Assembly (NCBI GenBank): GCA_051294375.1
Contig: CM119266.1
Coordinates: 1,183,554 to 1,247,553, forward strand
DNA length: 64,000 nucleotides
From: Paraspadella gotoi
Taxonomy: Eukaryota > Animalia > Chaetognatha
Direction of reading: 5' to 3'
Shown here: positions 15,336-29,200 of the stretch, one piece after another
Numbering within the stretch: the first letter of the stretch is position 1
How the letters are laid out: each line of letters opens with the position of its first letter
Position numbers and translations under genes: made by a program
The notes under the pieces: generated by a model
The model's input: only the letters and a program-made list of their open reading frames with translations
What the model was told of the DNA's origin: nothing
Database searches by the model: none

Positions 15336-17853
15336 ATGTTGCAATCCTCCTTCAACGCCTCCTGGGTGACAGGCTACGCCGGATCCCGCCTCCATTTCCT
15401 CGACGACGACACAATCGCCTTCAAGTGCGGATCTTTTCTCAAGTTCAAACGTCTCTACTCGGGACTGGAGGCCGTTTATCCGGATGGCCGCGTCGGCGGC
15501 GGAGTCGGCAGCGTCGGCGTCGGCGCCGTCGCCTTCCACGCGTCTCGACCCGTCTTTGCCCACGCCGACTCCGGGCCACGCCCATCTCTCCGCGTCGTCT
15601 CCGTTTCGCTCGCCAATTCCGGATGGACGGATGACGCCGCCGGTTCTAACGCCGGCGCCGCTTCCAGCCGACGGCGTCCCTCCTTTTCTCCGCTCGCCAC
15701 TTTCGACGCCGTTACGAGCCTCGACGTCGCCGACGTCGCCTTCGCGGCGCTGGATCTCGTCGCCGTCGTATCGGCGCCGCCAGAGGCGCGCGTCGTTGTT
15801 TTCGACTCGGCTGCGGCTACGCGGCTCTGCACGGTCGAGATCGATGCAGCGCGGAGGGGGACGCCGCGTCTCTCGTTCTCGCCCGTGGATTGGCGCCGGA
15901 TGTGCGCGGTTTTCGAGGACGCCGTCGAGCTGTGGCACTTGGAACGATGCCACGAGAAGTTCGCGCTGATCCGGAAGAGGGTGGCGCTGCCGGGGGTGAG
16001 ACCAAAAATGGTGGGGTGGGGCAAAGATGGTTTTTTTTTTTGGTTAATAAACTTAAACAATAATCTTGTCCAGGTGGACGGATCGCCGGCGCTAGAGTCT
16101 GCCGTCGCTGTCCCGTCAGAAAGTGGGCGTGGTCGGAAGTCGCCGACGTCGGCGTCGGGTAAGGCGTCACCGACGGCGATGTCGGAGGCGTCGAGGCCGT
16201 CGCTGGAGATGCCGCCTCACGCTGTGGCCGGGTTGACCGGGGAATTGGCGGAGAGGTAGGTTAAGTCAGTTGGTTGGTGAGTTAAAGGGAAAGTCAAAAT
16301 GGCGAGCGTTGTAAGACTAACAAACTACTCTTGATATCCAGGAATTAAACCAGGGAACCAATTTGACCCCCATTCCTGTTAGATTATTATTATCATGTGA
16401 TTTTTCCAGACATAAATTACTTTCGATCCTTATAATGACATTTATGGGACAGATTTGTGACGAGACGGAGGACGGCCAGTGGCGATGCAGCTTCCGCTCT
16501 TAACGCAACACCTCTTGACTCTTTACGTTCCCTCCCTATCATATCATATCATATCATATCATATCATATCATATCATATCATATCATATCATATCATACC
16601 TCTCTTCCAGTTTCGAACGTCGTTCCTTCGTTCCCCCCGTCACCCCCGCCTCCCACGCCTGGTCGTCGACGGGCGATTTGATGATCGGCTGCGTCGGCGG
16701 TCAACTCGTCCGCGTCGACGCCGACTCCGGCGCCGTCGTCGTCCTCTTCGTCCCCAACTACGTCGTGGAAGAAGCCGACGCCGCCTCCGCCTCAGCCGCC
16801 GCCTCAGCAGCTGCCTCGGTCCTCGCCGGAAGTCGCCTACAGACGCCCAGCGAGCGGCCGCCGAGATCCGGTCATGGAGGACGAAAATCCAGTCCAGGGA
16901 GACGCCGATCCAGTGGAGGAGGGCGTCGCTCTAGTCAAGGCCGGCGCCAATCGACGCCGCTGGCCGCCGGGACGAACGTTATCCGACGCGGGTCGCTGAA
17001 TCACATGGCGTTGCACAGCGAGGGATTGTTCGTAGGGGGCGATGACGGAGTGGCGAGGTTAGAGAGAGAGAGAGAGAGAGATAGAGAGAGAGAAAAAAAA
17101 ATTATATTCTTCTTATTCTTCAGAGTGTTGGACATCTCCTCGTCATCGAATGGCATCGCCATCCTGGATGCCATCCCTATAGGCGACCCTATAGTCTCTA
17201 TGGCATTCTCTCCTCGCTTCGAAACTCTCATCATTGGGAGTCCGAAGGGAACAATATTTCAGGTCTTAAAATTGGTCGCTCTTTTGTTAAGACAGAATAA
17301 ACCTCAAATCTAAGGGAAATCAGGAAATCCTAAAACTAAAAAAAAATCAAAGAAAGATTTTGATGCAGTGCATCTCATAAATATACGGGCTAAGAAAGTT
17401 AATAAGTTATTATAGTCATGTATTCATATCATGTCACGTCACGCCATGCCATGTCACAAGAAATACACGTGATAAGGTATAAGGAAATAACTTTTGATGA
17501 TACCAAGAATGAGATTGAGTTCATCAATCTCATTTGCATATTGTCGCCTTGAAATTAGCTCTCTGACAATAAGGCAGTCACTTCGGCGCAACACATTTGA
17601 ATCACCGTTCTTGTTTTACTTTCCCCCATATTTCGCTCTCACCCCCTCTTCCTCGTCCCATTTAGTATTCCCCTACTCAACAAAACCTCACAACTGTCGT
17701 CTGCACGGCGGAGGGCGCCTTTGTGGGCGTGGCCCCTTTGGCGCCGGGAGACGCCCACGTGGTGACGGTTCGAGAGGCTGGACATCTGCAGGTCCAATCA
17801 GATGTCTGATTTTGATAGTAATGACTCATAAAAATTATATTTGATAATATTAG

Positions 17854-17942
<89 letters not shown>

Positions 17943-20900
17943 TTAATAATAATAATAATGATAATCTCCAGGTCTGGGAGACGCGTTGCGGCGGCTACAC
18001 TTCATCGATGAACTTGGAGACCGCGCTGTCGAGTCTCGCCTGCTCGCCCAAGGCGCCCTTCGCGGTGGTTGGGTCGGTGGACGGGTAAGTCGTGTCGGAG
18101 TGGTCAGTGGGATGATTATTGAACAACCGAGCCGACTTACCCTTCTTCTCTCGCCCATTTTCCCCTCTCCTTACCCTCCTCACCCACCCTCCAGCTTCCT
18201 CTTCGTAGTGGACCTCGTCAAGGTCGACAAACCCCGCGTCGTGCTGCGCGAGCGGATGCACGAAGGTTCCGTCGAGGGCGTTGGCTTCGACCAGCGCGGG
18301 TGAGTTAATGTCATAAAATATCTTATTAGAATATTGCAGTAATAATAGTAATATGTCTTAATTTCGAGCACGGGAAAAACTTTAGGTTTTTTTTTCTGAA
18401 ACAAAAAAATTAAAGATTGAAGAAAGTTGTATCTATCCAAATTTCGCGATTCTTATCTCAATCGGGATTTGGGTTTTATAGATGAAACATTGACGGAGCC
18501 TATTTGACCTTAATAATGTTAATTGGCCTTCTCAAGTGAATGACAACTAAGTTTAATAATTCTCACTATTATGTAATATGTACAATTGTACATAATCGTC
18601 ATCGATTTAACCTTCTTTACAACAACAACAACAACGATCTTCTCCATAAGCAACTACAATAATTTCTCAACACCTCCTCCTCCAGGTGCATCTTCTGCAC
18701 CTGCTCCGACGACGGCAACATCTTCGTCTTTAGCGGTTCCGCCATCCGTCGTTTCGAGGTGCTGGGGTTCGTGTCTGGAGTCCAGGGGCCCGTCAGAAGT
18801 CTCTCGGCCTATTACAACCCTGAGGTGAGACAACTAGAGGGTCTTTCCGGATGTATTTTTTTAATTTATAAATATTTATTAATTTATTTATTTATTTATT
18901 CATTTATTTATTTATTCCTCATTTGATTCCTTTCGACATATTTTAGTTACATATTTATTTTTTAGGTTTATAAATTGTTTTTTGTATTTATTTATAAACC
19001 TATCAATTTCGGTTTTTTTTCATATTTATTTAATTCATATCTCTTTTATTTTCTTCTCTTTTAAAATTCCTTCAGAACCACAAGATCCGTGTCGCCGGTC
19101 TGCTCCTGCCCAACTCCACCGCCGCCTGCTCCAGCACCGTCGTCGTTGTCGACATCCCCCGCTCCATCGTGGACGACTGCGACCGATTCCGCGTCAACGT
19201 CTCGGGCGAATTGAAGGACGAAGAGATCAATCGGATGACGTTGGAGATTCGCCGTCCGCTCGCCGCCCTTCGAGTCACCAAGCACATGGTGGGGCGTTGG
19301 AGGACGTTTGGTTCTGGAGAGATGATTTCTTGGTTATAGTGATTCGTTTTCTAAAAAAAAATTATTGATTTAGTTCATTATTGTTAATAACAGCGATTGC
19401 TTTTTCTCTGAACAAAACAAAATATTCATAAAAGGGAAAGGAACCAGAAGGATGAGAAAAAATAAAAAAAAAGGAATTCATATGAAAAAAATTCATTAAA
19501 CAAAATAATAAAAAAAACAAATAAATAAATAACTTATGAATAGGCTTTCATGTGGATGAAAACTTTATTTATATAAGGAAGGAACTTTTGATGCAATCAA
19601 GAATGAGATTGAGTTCATCAATCTCATTTGCATATTGTCGTATTGACATTGACTTGTCATAAATTAAGTATAAGTATAAACTAAGTATACTGCTATTTAA
19701 GGACCATTTAGTGAAAACCAAAATGAAATTAAACAAAAAAAAAAAAAAAAAACAACTAACAACAAAACAACTGGAGCTTTACCCGTCTAATCTCCCTTTT
19801 CTTTGATCCCTCAAGTCTGCCATTGCGATCTGCGACGGCGAGATGGTAAAACTGGCTCTGCCCAAATTGGCGCCGCGAAAGTCAAAGCGTGACTCGGCGC
19901 GGTCGGACCTACGGCGCGCCGGGAGCATGAGTTCCGTCAGCGGAGATGACGCCGGCGCCCTCTCTGCGCCCTTCGAGTCGCGTCAGGTGCGCCGCTTATT
20001 TTTTTATGCTTTTGTTTTTTTTACGTTTTTTTTTTCTGTTTACTGTTTTTTTATTTTTGTTTTTGGTTTACGTTTTTCTCGCATAAATTTGAGCAACCTT
20101 GAGAATCGAACCCGAGACCCTCGCGTCTAATTTTCGACGCGTGAATCCCGTGATCTTTTCAGATGATCCCGATTCACTACCGTTTCGCTGGACACCGAAT
20201 CACCGAAGGCGCCGGAGTGAACGTCTCGGCGAATCACGGGTGGGTCTTGACTCACGGCGCCGACGGGAGAATCGTCGCGAGGGAAATCGATAAACTCGAC
20301 GCAGATGACGACAAGTGAGTGATGATAGAGTGATGGAGTGATGGAGTGATGAAGTGATGAAGTGATGGAGCGATGGGGATGGAGTTTGAATAGTATAAGG
20401 GGATGAGAAGTATGACCAATTGACCAATTGACCATAAAGTACGAGGTTGACGTAATAGAAAATGAAAAAAAAATTGTCATGGTGCTGGGGTGAAATATGA
20501 AGTGGCGCCGGAGTGGAAATGCGAAATGAAAATGGGAAATATGGGGTGATGAGAATGGGAATTATGATATCAATCTGGATAAAAACTAAAAAAATAATTA
20601 AGCCTGACGTCGTGAGAAGGGAAAATACAAAGTTATCCCGATGAGAAAAAAAAAAATCTAATTGGGATATAAGAATGAAAGTTGCATAGTAGTAGTAATG
20701 ACTAATTTCTCCTTTACTTATTTGCGTGTCCCCCCCACCGCCCCCCTTCCAACCCCCCGGGCCAAAAGATTCCTCGCCCTCCGCTCGAACGACTTCAAAA
20801 CCGGAGGCGTTCTCAGCCTCTCCGTCTCATCCGACCTCAAGCGGGTCTTCGTCAGCGGCCGAGACGGATCCCTCGCCTGCTTCGAGTGGCCCGTCGAGAC

Positions 20901-21155
20901 GAGGGCGCGGTCGGAGGCCTCGCCCGTCGATCAGGCCGAGGCGGAGGCGTTGATGTCGACGGAGGCGTGGAGAGGAGGAGGAGGAGGAGGAGGAGGGGAT
21001 GAGGCGAGGAGTAAGTTGTAGTCGGCGGTTGTTGTTATTGTTCTTGTTGTTGTTGTTAAATTTATTTTTATTTTTGAAGAGACATCCCATTCGATGGTGA
21101 AGTTGGTATATTGATCTCAGACAATTCTTCTCTTCTCTCTCTCGTCTCTCTCTCT

Positions 21156-21211
<56 letters not shown>

Positions 21212-24200
21212 GCTCTCTCTCTCTCAATTTCTAATCCCTCCTTTATTCTTTCCCCCCAGCGGCCAGCCCGGCGACCCTCGTCTTTCCCGAGACGACCTGG
21301 TTGGAGATTCGACGAGCTCGTCTCTTGGAGGAAGAAGAGAAGCAGTTCGTCGGCGCCAAATCCGAGTTGAGGCGGCAGATCGACGTCATCAGGTGGTCGC
21401 TTTGCTGCTGTGAATGTTGTTCAGGTTGTTGTCGAGTTTTTGTGGAACACTTTTAACGGTTTGTTTTTGAACTGCATTTGTTGATTAGTTTTTATAACAA
21501 TTGTTGTGTCAGTTCGATTCGTTGTTGCTGTTGTGGTTGTTGCTATTGATCGTCGAAGCAAAATTAAATTGATGGCGAAAAAAAAAATTTTCCCACTTGT
21601 AGTTGCAGTTGCTAAATCCTAAATGAGATGGCAATTGTTTGTTGTTGCCATCTCATTGCTTGTTGGTGTCGTTGATGTAAAAGCAGCTTTTCGCCACCTA
21701 CTGTTGTAGTTACGAAGTCTTCCGATTGTTATTGTTGGTTGGTTTTAAACAAAAGGCAATCCGACCGGACGTTCCCGCTTACTTCCTCCCCTCCCAAATA
21801 ACAACAACAACAACAACAACTACAGAAAAAAGCTTCGCGAGTTGATCTCTGCCAACGACGAACGCGGCGACCGCGAGCGACTCGGACGAGACGAGTTCGA
21901 ACTGGACATGGACTTGAAGGCCGCGCAGGAGGTTAGCCTGCAGCGCGACCTCTTCGGCACGCGGGAGCAGGCAAAGTACGACAACCTGGCCAAGCTGTAT
22001 CGGCGGGAGATCATCAAGCAAGAGTGTTGGGACGATATGCCCGTGAAGGTAAAGGGGGGGGGGAGAGGCCCGAGAGGAGGGGGGGATGATGGGATATAAA
22101 GTGAGAACCGAGGACTCAGTGAGAATAGGGGACGGAGGGATGCAGTTTTCCCCAATTGTGATTAAATTTCCTCACGACATGACTCTTTCCGCAACTTTTA
22201 ACTTCTTCTCGTCACCCAGGGACGAACCCTGACCTCCTTCAAGACGTCCCTCGAGGTGACCAACTACCCGATGCGGCGGCGCACCTCGAAGGAGGTGGAG
22301 GATTTGGCGGCGGTGGAGGCGGTGAGGCGGGTTGAGCTGGCGGCGGCGCGGGCGAGGAGATCGGTGTCACGGAGGCGGAGATCCACCGTCGGAGGTGGGA
22401 ATGAGGTGAGGAAAAGGGGGTTGGGGTGGGGATGGAGGTAAGGTGCGAATATTGGATCGAATTTGCGAAAGATATATTGAACGGAAACGAGAGAAAAAAT
22501 AATGAGAAAAATTGAAATTAAATAAACTCAAAGAAAGAATGGATAAAATTTGATTAAAAGAAAACAAACAAACTCAGAAAATTGGAAAAAAAAAAAGAAA
22601 ATTCAACGAAAAGTGAGAAAATAAAAAAAATATAAAAAGAGAGAAAATACAGAAAATTAAAAGAAACAGAATAAAGAAGCAAAAAATACTAAAAAAAAAA
22701 GAAAAAGCTTTACCCTTCCTCCATTTCTAGCCAAACGCACCCGGAAGCAAAGACGCGTCGACGGACGAAGACGACGACGACAACGACGACGACGACGACG
22801 CCGACGACTCCGAGCCTCGAGTCTCGACGAAAGGATCGAGCGGATTTCAATTCGGCGGCGACTCGCCGCTCTTCTACTCTCAATTCCAACTCGGCAACCG
22901 CGCCCAAAAGTTGCGGCAGATGGTGCTGCTTAAGGACGCCGTCTTCCGCATTCGGACGCAGTTCAACGAGAGATTCGACGAGGCGTTGCTGTGCAAGGAG
23001 CAACAGATAGCGAAAATCAGGTTGTATTACTTTATTTATGTTACATTATGTTTTGAAGATGATAATATTTAATTAATAATTAATTAATTAAATAATTAAT
23101 AATAGTAATAATAATAATTTCTCGTCCCAGAGAGAAGAACAAACGAATCCGAAAGATCATGGAAGACTTGGAGCGAGACCCAAGTGTCGTGCAGGATCCC
23201 TCGATGGGAGTGCTGGAGCAGCCGGAGCAGCTCCTGCATGTAGCCGATGAAGAGGTATTACCGTTAATCAACCGTCACACACGTCAAAAACTACTAAGTT
23301 TTTTGGATGGCGCCTACATATCTTTTTTAAATGACCAAATTCAAAACATTATTTTTATGGCCTTGCAATTGAATGCCCGAGCCCCGGCCCCCGAGGCAAA
23401 ATTAAAAAAAATATATTTTTTTTTACCGTTCCTGGATTAAATGTAATCAAATCAAATCAAATCATTACTAAAGAAGTAGCATTTTGTGAGCATAACCACT
23501 TAAAATATTATTAAGATAATAAAAGGTAATCAACCAATTTATTAATTATCTTTTTATTCGTCTCGAACGTTAATGGTTAATTGTTATTATTTTTAGGTCA
23601 TACGTCAATCTTAATTAACTGAGATGCTGATAATTATAAGTGGAAATATTCTTGAAACGCGACATAGTAAATCTTCTTCTCAACTTGTAAAAAGAATCGA
23701 ATATTAATTTACTACAATATGCAAATGATATTGACGAACTTAATGCTAATTGGCAATGATCAAAGAACCCTTCTTTTACAGAAAAACAGAATAGAAATAG
23801 ATTGTAAGAATAGATAAATGTGGAAAATGATATTATTATCAATTAAAAACTATATCAATTAGCAATAAACATACCTTCTGACCTCAGGTGAAGGTGGAAC
23901 GATTCCTGACGGCGGAGATGCGACGTCGTCTGGAGGAAAATCGGATGGACAAACTCGACCAGACCGGAGAACGAGAGGACAACATCAGGCAGAGGGCGTT
24001 GGACAAGATGATGGGCGGAATCCTGGAGATGAAGAAGGAGGACGAGTTGAAGAAGGACATCCCCAAACCCGCCTTCATGTCCGGACCGAACGCCAAGCCG
24101 GAGGAGGTTCGGGGTACCAGCTAAAGGCTGAGACAAAAAACTTATGTACAGGAACGAATAAAGGAGGGGATCCTTACGACACCACATGTTCATTGTCCTC

Positions 24201-24804
24201 ACAAACAAACACCCTCTCACTCCAACAGGCGAAAATACTGACTCACCCACCAAAATCAAAATTACAATAGATGTATGACACACAGATACGATACAAAATA
24301 CACTGAGAGAACCCGCACGCTAAAAGTATACATTAAAAACACAAAAAAGCAAACAAAGAAGCCAACACACGCATCAACACAAAAATTCACAATAAAAGTC
24401 GAAAAACGCTATGAAACTAGCACAGAATCATACCCGATCGAAGAAAGCAAAAAGAGAGGTACTCTCTCTCATACTTTTTCCACTCAATGACCCCTGAATC
24501 ACTCCTTTGCCACCACCCCTTCTGAAATCAGGAGTGGACCGAGGACGATATGATGGTGCTTCGCGAATACGAGCGGAAATGTCGTGAGCTCAACGACTCG
24601 CGGGAGCGACACCGAAAGCAGCTGGAGAACGAGTTGAGGAAGTTGGAGGAAGGAATCAAAGAAGACGTCTTTACTTTCGACGCCTTGCTGACCAACCTTT
24701 TCCTTACCAAAGTCAAGACTGACAAGGTGAGGTTTTTCAAGTTTGTGGCGGAGACGGTTTCGCCGCCACTGGACCACTGCTGGACCACACTCTAAGCTTC
24801 TACA

Positions 24805-24844
<40 letters not shown>

Positions 24845-24851
24845 CTCCTCT

Positions 24852-24905
<54 letters not shown>

Positions 24906-26263
24906 CACCCAGGCCATCTGCGAGGACCAACTTCACATCCTCCGCCTTCGCGCGTCGTTGATGACGCGAAGATGAAATCGAGGCTAAAGAGGCGGAGCTC
25001 GTTCGGCAGCTGGAGGAAAAGAGGGAGGTGAGACGAAACAGGAAAAAAAAAAAAGAAACAAGAAATCGAAACAAAGATAAAAATGAGTCTAAAAACGACA
25101 AATTGGTTAAAGGACGAGACAACCTTTTATAGTATTTATAGTATATAGTAAAAATCGTCGAAACGAGAAACGAAAAAAAAAAGAAAACAAAGAGACCATC
25201 TTAAAATTCAAGCAAAACTCATCGAACATAAAAACATAAAAACATGTGTATCAAATCAATTAAATTTTCTTAATTTTAAAAAAAAATGAGTATGTCTTGT
25301 ACATTTTTTCAAAATTTTAAAATCTGTTCACGTTTTCCTTTGGTGAACTTTTTCTAGCGGAGGTTTTCAAATGGTTACCCGGTAGTAAATTATCTAAACT
25401 TGCCAATCAAATCAATCAATCAATCAATCAAAATCAATTAATCAATTAATCCTTTCTCGAGGCCAAAAACGCTGCCATCCTCAACGTGACGGAGGCCAAG
25501 AAGTCCGTCGACGGCGCCCGCGACGCCTTCGACATTCTCGTCGCCGAAGACAAAGTCATGGAGAAGATCTTCCGCAGGGAATTCTCCGACTGCGGCGGCG
25601 TGCTCCTCGAGCAGCTGCAGAAGCTCTTCAAGAAACGACCCAAGGTTGGATTTGTAAGGGTCGGATGGTTTGTCCGAAAGGGTAAGGAGCTCAGCAGGGG
25701 GGTTCATAGTAACGGTAAGGGGCAAAAGGTTAGTTCTTGGTTAGTAAGAGTATGAGTGAGTCTATGATTTAGTTTTGAATGATTAAACAACAAATTGAGT
25801 AAAAAAGAAATAAATCGTTGCAACGTTCTCAGCCTTCCGACTTTTCAAAATTCCTTTCAATCTCCCGCCGCTTATCCAGATCAAGGCGGCCGCGACGGCC
25901 ATGCAGGCCCACAGCCCCGGCGGCCTGACGGCCCCGGGTTCGAACCCTTACGGAGAGCGGCCGTCGACGGCGCGGCGCCGTGAGCTGGCGCAGAGGGCGT
26001 TGGACGCCGCGATTCGGGATCTCGACTCGGAGGCGCACATGCCCGACATCTGTCCGCCGGAAGTGTGGACCAGGTTGGTTTGTGAATGTTTTTTAATTGT
26101 TAAATCAATAAAATTTGTTTTGATGTCAAGGCGTAATTTTAAAACTCGTCAACTGACTATTGATTCGGGTTTTAATTGGTTAAACTTTTTTTTTTCATAG
26201 ATTTTGCCATTTTCGTCGAAACAAGATCGAGTCCGAGCAACACCTCAAGCAAAAAGTAAATTT

Positions 26264-26297
<34 letters not shown>

Positions 26298-29200
26298 CAA
26301 TCAATCAATCGTTCAAACTTCAAACAATTAGCTATTCAATATCAATAAATACATCAGTAAAGTCTATCGATCAAACATTAAAACATCCGTTCCATTCATT
26401 TACGCATTCGATCTACGTACCAATCAATAAATCTAATCAATCAATCAATCAATCAATTTCTCTCAGGTTCAGACTCTCTCCGAAATGACGGCCTTCGTCC
26501 AGCGTCGTTCCGAAGAGGACGATCGCCTCAAAAATTCTTGCGAAGAAATTCTCTCGCGACTTAAATTCGTCTACGACTGCAAAAACTTTTTTCGCACCGA
26601 TTTACAGGTGAGTCAATGGGTCAGTTTGCTGAGGTTTTGGTAAGGCCCCGGAGTTTGATTGGCGGGATGGGAAGGAAATGTGTACAGGTGTATTGGTAAG
26701 GTATTGTACACTGTACATATAAGAATTAAAAAAAAGTAGATTTCAGAATTAAAAATTGATAATTTTTACTTTCTTACACCCGTTTTTCTACCTTTTTATT
26801 AAATATAATATAATATTATGCCAGTTTTTCGTCTTATACAGTTATTGCTTATCGATATGGTAATCCAAATGTATTTGAAATTTAAGTTGAGCGTGAGTTT
26901 GTGTTTCTAATTTTTCGTTGACAAATATTTCTACTCTTATTCTCTCGTACCGAATCTCTCTCACCTCCTGTCAGGTCCAACTCATCGTCAAGCAGGGTCA
27001 GGTCGAGATCGACATGTACGTCCCGGTCTACGACTTCCGCTCGACCGTGCTGGTTCACCGCAGCTTGGCCGAGGAGCTCAACCACGCCATCAAGTCGCTG
27101 GGTCAACAAAAGGTCAACGCGATGGCGGAGAGTAGGGATTTTCGCAAAGGGATCGTCCAGTTCGAGTGGGCTCACAAGCGGTCGCAGATGAGGATGGAGG
27201 ATCTCCACAGCCTCGCCAGAGACATTCAGATGCTCAAGGTATATTTGGTTTGGTATCCTGTCTGTCTGTCTGTCTCTCTGTCTCTCTGTCTGTCGGTTGG
27301 TCTTTCTGATTGTCTTTTTGACTGTCCTTCCGGAAACCTTACTTACATCAGCCTACTTCGTATTTAATTTTAGAATTATGTTTCAATTTGAGCCGTGCGG
27401 CGCCATGGCTTAGATGGTTAAAGCGCCTGTCTAGTAAACAGGAGATCCCGAGTTCGAATCTCGCTGGTGCCTTCCCTTTTAGATATAAAAAAGAATTCTG
27501 TGTTAATAAAGAACAGCTGGACAACTGAATTAGATTTTAATCTATTCTAAGCTCATCAACGCCTCGGTAGCGCAGTAGGCAGCGCGTCAGTCTCATAATG
27601 AACCTCCAAGGGAAATCTGAAGGTCGTGAGTTCGATCCTCACCCGGGGCACTAATTTTAGCCACTCTAAGATTTTTATTTTTATTTTTATTTAAAAGTTT
27701 TTTTGCCAAAAAAAGATTTTATTTCGTATAATATATTGAAAGCTTGCAGGGACTTGCTATGTCATTATCTTGTAAGAGTGATGGAGGCCTTAAACCACCA
27801 AAGCCTGTCCAAAGTCAGGGGCAAGATAGCTTATTTATTAAATGAATGGATAATTTTTATATTGTGTGTACCAATTTCATATATATGATAAATCATGGAT
27901 GAGTGTGCATTGCACTGTGCAACTGTGCAGCGAGCATGTACATCGTACAAGAGCTGGATAAATATAGGTTGAGCCAATAAGGGTGAAGTGAAGTGGCTTC
28001 CACCAAGTTATTTTCTTTTTTTTTTGGGGGGGGGGGAATGAGTCTCATCTTCCAAATCTCATATAAAAATATTAAATTCAAATAACATGAAAAGTTGTTG
28101 AAAGATCGGGATCCTAAACTAAAGCACGCGATTCAGTGTCTCATTAAATTAGATAAAGCAAAAAGAGTTTGACTTGTGGACAGTGTTCAATCTTCACGTT
28201 TGAAGTCTATACTTCAAAGCCCTCTTGATGAAGTGTCGGCCTTGTGGCGCAATGGATAACGCGTCTGACTACGGAATCAGAAGATTCCAGGTTCGAATCC
28301 TGGCAAGGTCGTCGAGTTTAATTTTTTTTTTACTACCATAAATATATATATGTAGCTTCCAAATCCCTGGCACCAAAATTATTTTAAACATCTCGCCGTC
28401 TTTTGTTCCCGATATATCACATAGATTAATATGGCTCCCTCCTGTGATTAATCCTTTATTATTTACCTTTATCTGGCTCTATATTCCGATGTTCTCTCAG
28501 TTCGATTTATCTCGGTGCCAGGGTGTTCCTCTAATATCTACAGAATGGTGAGCCCTTCCTCGAACTAAACCAACCTTTATTATCTGATACTTAAAACAAT
28601 TAAGTAAACTACAAAAAGTCTATTAAGCCTGATACTTATGTCTCGATATCTATCTCTGATTTTATTCATCATTTCACTAAACTGAGCCCTTCCTGCTTAC
28701 TCAATAACTCGGCATTATCTCGAAGCCATCTCAAAAACAAAATCAAGTGAAGAAGAAGGAGGCAACCAACGGATTCGGATTCTCCCTTCAGGTGGGCAAG
28801 AAATTGTGTAATTAAGCTTTACCGCTTGTCCTCCTGTTGACCGCCTCCATCCCCGTTTTCCCTACCCTATCCTAAACCTACTCCCTGGCGAATGAGCGGC
28901 AACCAGATCGAAACTCGGCAGGCGGTGCGACGCCGTCAACGGGAAGACGATTCTCCCACACCCGGCCACGCCCATCTTCACCTACCTTTCGGATTCGGAC
29001 GAGGCCATCGCTCCCGCTCCACTTCCCCCAACGTCAACGCCAGCGGAGAACAATTCGTTTTTCCAGGCAACGCCAACAACGCCGAAATGACCGCGACTCC
29101 AATCCTCAAAACGAACTGATCCGAAAATCTCACGGAGACGCTAGCGGCGTCCACTACAAGGCGTCAATCTCAAAAAACCCAAGCTTCCAGATTTTGACGC

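Noticed and set aside
15231-16170. Long antisense and alternate-frame ORFs over GC-rich exons (also over MMP and PISD)
   Set aside because: Shadow ORFs caused by high GC and GAC/GTC-rich codons; no motifs.
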